From assembly GCF_006345805.1 (NCBI RefSeq), contig NC_043004.1, positions 89,590,001-89,654,000 on the forward strand: a stretch of DNA of 64,000 nt. The letters run 5' to 3'. Numbering within the stretch: position 1 is the stretch's first letter; each line of letters begins with the position of its first letter. The notes under the pieces were generated by a model. The model was not told where the DNA came from, made no database searches, and worked only from the letters and a program-made list of their open reading frames with translations. Source of the DNA: Octopus sinensis. Lineage: Eukaryota. Below, in pieces: positions 62,137-64,000 of this stretch. A program made the position numbers and the translations under genes.

Positions 62137-62829
62137 ACAGCAGTCACTGCTGAAATCTAATACTTGGCCAGGAGTTCATGTCTCAAAAACTTTCAGTTAG
62201 ATTTAAATTCAATGGCTTTGAAGATACCTAGTGTTGACAAATTTTGCTTGCCAGAAGATTCAAATAGTAATATCATCATCATCGAGTGGCTGTGTGGTAA
62301 GTAGCTTGTTTACCAACCACATGGTTCTGGGTTCAGTCCCACTGCGTGGCACCTTGGGCAAGTGTCTTCTACTATAGCCTCGGGCCGACCAAAGCCTTGT
62401 GAGTGGATTTGGTAGACGGAAACTGAAAGAAGCCTGTCGTATATATGTATATATATATGCGTGTGTGTGTTTGTGTGAGTGTGTTTGTCCTCCTAGCATT
62501 GCTTGACAACCGATGCTGGTGTGTTTATGTCCCCGTTACTTACCGGTTCGGCAAAAGAGACTGATAGAATAAGTACTGGGCTTACAAAAGAATAAGTCCC
62601 GGGGTCGAGTTGCTCGATTAAGGCAGTGCTCCAGCATGGCCGCAGTCAAATGACTGAAACGAGTAAAAGAGTAAAGAGTATTAATGATGATGATATTACT
62701 AGTTGAATCTTCTGGCAAGTAGAATTTGTCAACACTAAGAATCTTCAAAGCCATTGAATTTAAATCTAACTGAAAGTTTTTGAGACATGAACTCCTGGCC
62801 AAGTATTAGATTTCAGCAGTGACTGCTGT
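62137..62829. repeat. 146-bp inverted repeat arms enclosing a SINE
   Basis: 62137-62282 is the reverse complement of 62684-62829 with 5 mismatches. The spacer is almost entirely a family A SINE. Confidence 0.95.
62284..62680 (+). mobile_element. SINE family A lacking its first ~8 nt
   Basis: GAGTGGCTGTGTGGTAAG...CAAATGACTGAAACGAGTAAAAGAGTAAAGAG. Confidence 0.92.
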
Positions 62830-64000
62830 CCAAGATATAGAATGTCAACTTCACAAATCCTGTGGTTTAGGAACTTACATGTATTGTTGATGCCATTGAA
62901 ATATTTTTTCTGAATGGTTTATTGTCAAACAATGCTTTCTGAACATTAAGAGAAACAATGCTTTGTTAAATTTAAAGAATTTGATAAATGTGAAGAAATT
63001 AATATTTAGGCTATTGGATTATTATCTGATTTACACACCTGATATAATATTTTTTTCTCAACCTTTTAGCATATGGCATCTCTTAATGGATATTTTCTGT
63101 GTTTGTATGTATACCCTCCATAAAAACACTTTGGAGAAGCAACTGCTGAAATAATTTAGCTGTAGTAGTATTTATAAAAATATTGTTATGAATGCTAGCT
63201 TTTGAGCTAATTTTATACTCTAGCTTTTTATTCTACTATTTCTAAGTCAAGCATTTTGCTTTCAAGTAGTTGGAACCTTATACTCAATGATACTTCTGAA
63301 ATATACTATAATGATGACACTTTTTGAAATTGATTTATGGATTCTATTTGATGTTGCTTGCAAATTATATATAAAGTTGATGTCTCACAAAACCTTATTA
63401 ACTGGTTTAATCTAAATGTCCTTTAGAAAATAAATCTTGTCACAATCTGCAGTAAATTCTAATGCATCATGAAACTCATGAGATCTGGAATACTAGCGAG
63501 AAATTTTCCAAATGTTCATGAACAGTGTTTGAATTTAGAAGATGCAGACACCAATTGAGAAGGAATGGTGGTAAGTTGTTCTGGGTTAGAACTTTCTCCA
63601 TATTTAATATATTGAATAATAATAATGGTGATAGAAAGCATTTACTGTATCTTTTACCATTGAATAAATTTTATGGCATTATCTGCTTTAAGAAGGGAGA
63701 GAATTCGCCTATCAATTGATACCAAATATGTAGAATCACAAAGTAGTTACCCCTTAGGTTATTGTTTTTGTACCTGGATTTATACATTGAACTTTCCACC
63801 ACTGATAGTATTTGGTGTGAGTTGAGCTGTTGTGTACGGGATGAGTAAACCTGGTGGGATTAGTGCTGGCATATATATGTTTATTACGTTAATACACTTT
63901 GTGTTGTTTGCTGTCAGCATATACTAGTTTTATTAAGTTGTTAATTGTAGAAAGGTGTTTCAGATTATTTGCTTCTTAAGTTTATTGTTGACTTTTGCGT

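Overview
AT-rich, repeat-dense eukaryotic genomic DNA, almost certainly from an octopus (inferred from the abundant octopus-type SINEs and the KRAB-less single-exon C2H2 arrays). The left 26 kb holds three co-oriented (+) paralogous C2H2 zinc-finger genes (28, 24 plus 1 degenerate, and 11 fingers). They share homologous splice acceptors, leaders and decayed 3' fingers, and two carry internal multi-finger block duplications. The right half (35.2 kb to beyond the window end) is a gene the ORF track misses: mitochondrial pyruvate carrier 1 (MPC1). Read by eye, its first 57 codons sit in exons of 71, 4, 16 and 81 coding nt separated by 6-9 kb introns, so it has two consecutive frame-shifting microexons. 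Intergenic and intronic space contains decayed RTE, CR1/L2, Hero (RLE), Tx1 and Gypsy elements, Merlin/ISXO2 transposase relics, related MITEs with 8-bp TSDs that carry TTAGGG arrays, several SINE families, and four fold-back inverted repeats. All coordinates, counts and family assignments were made by eye. Repeat boundaries are approximate and no database search was run.
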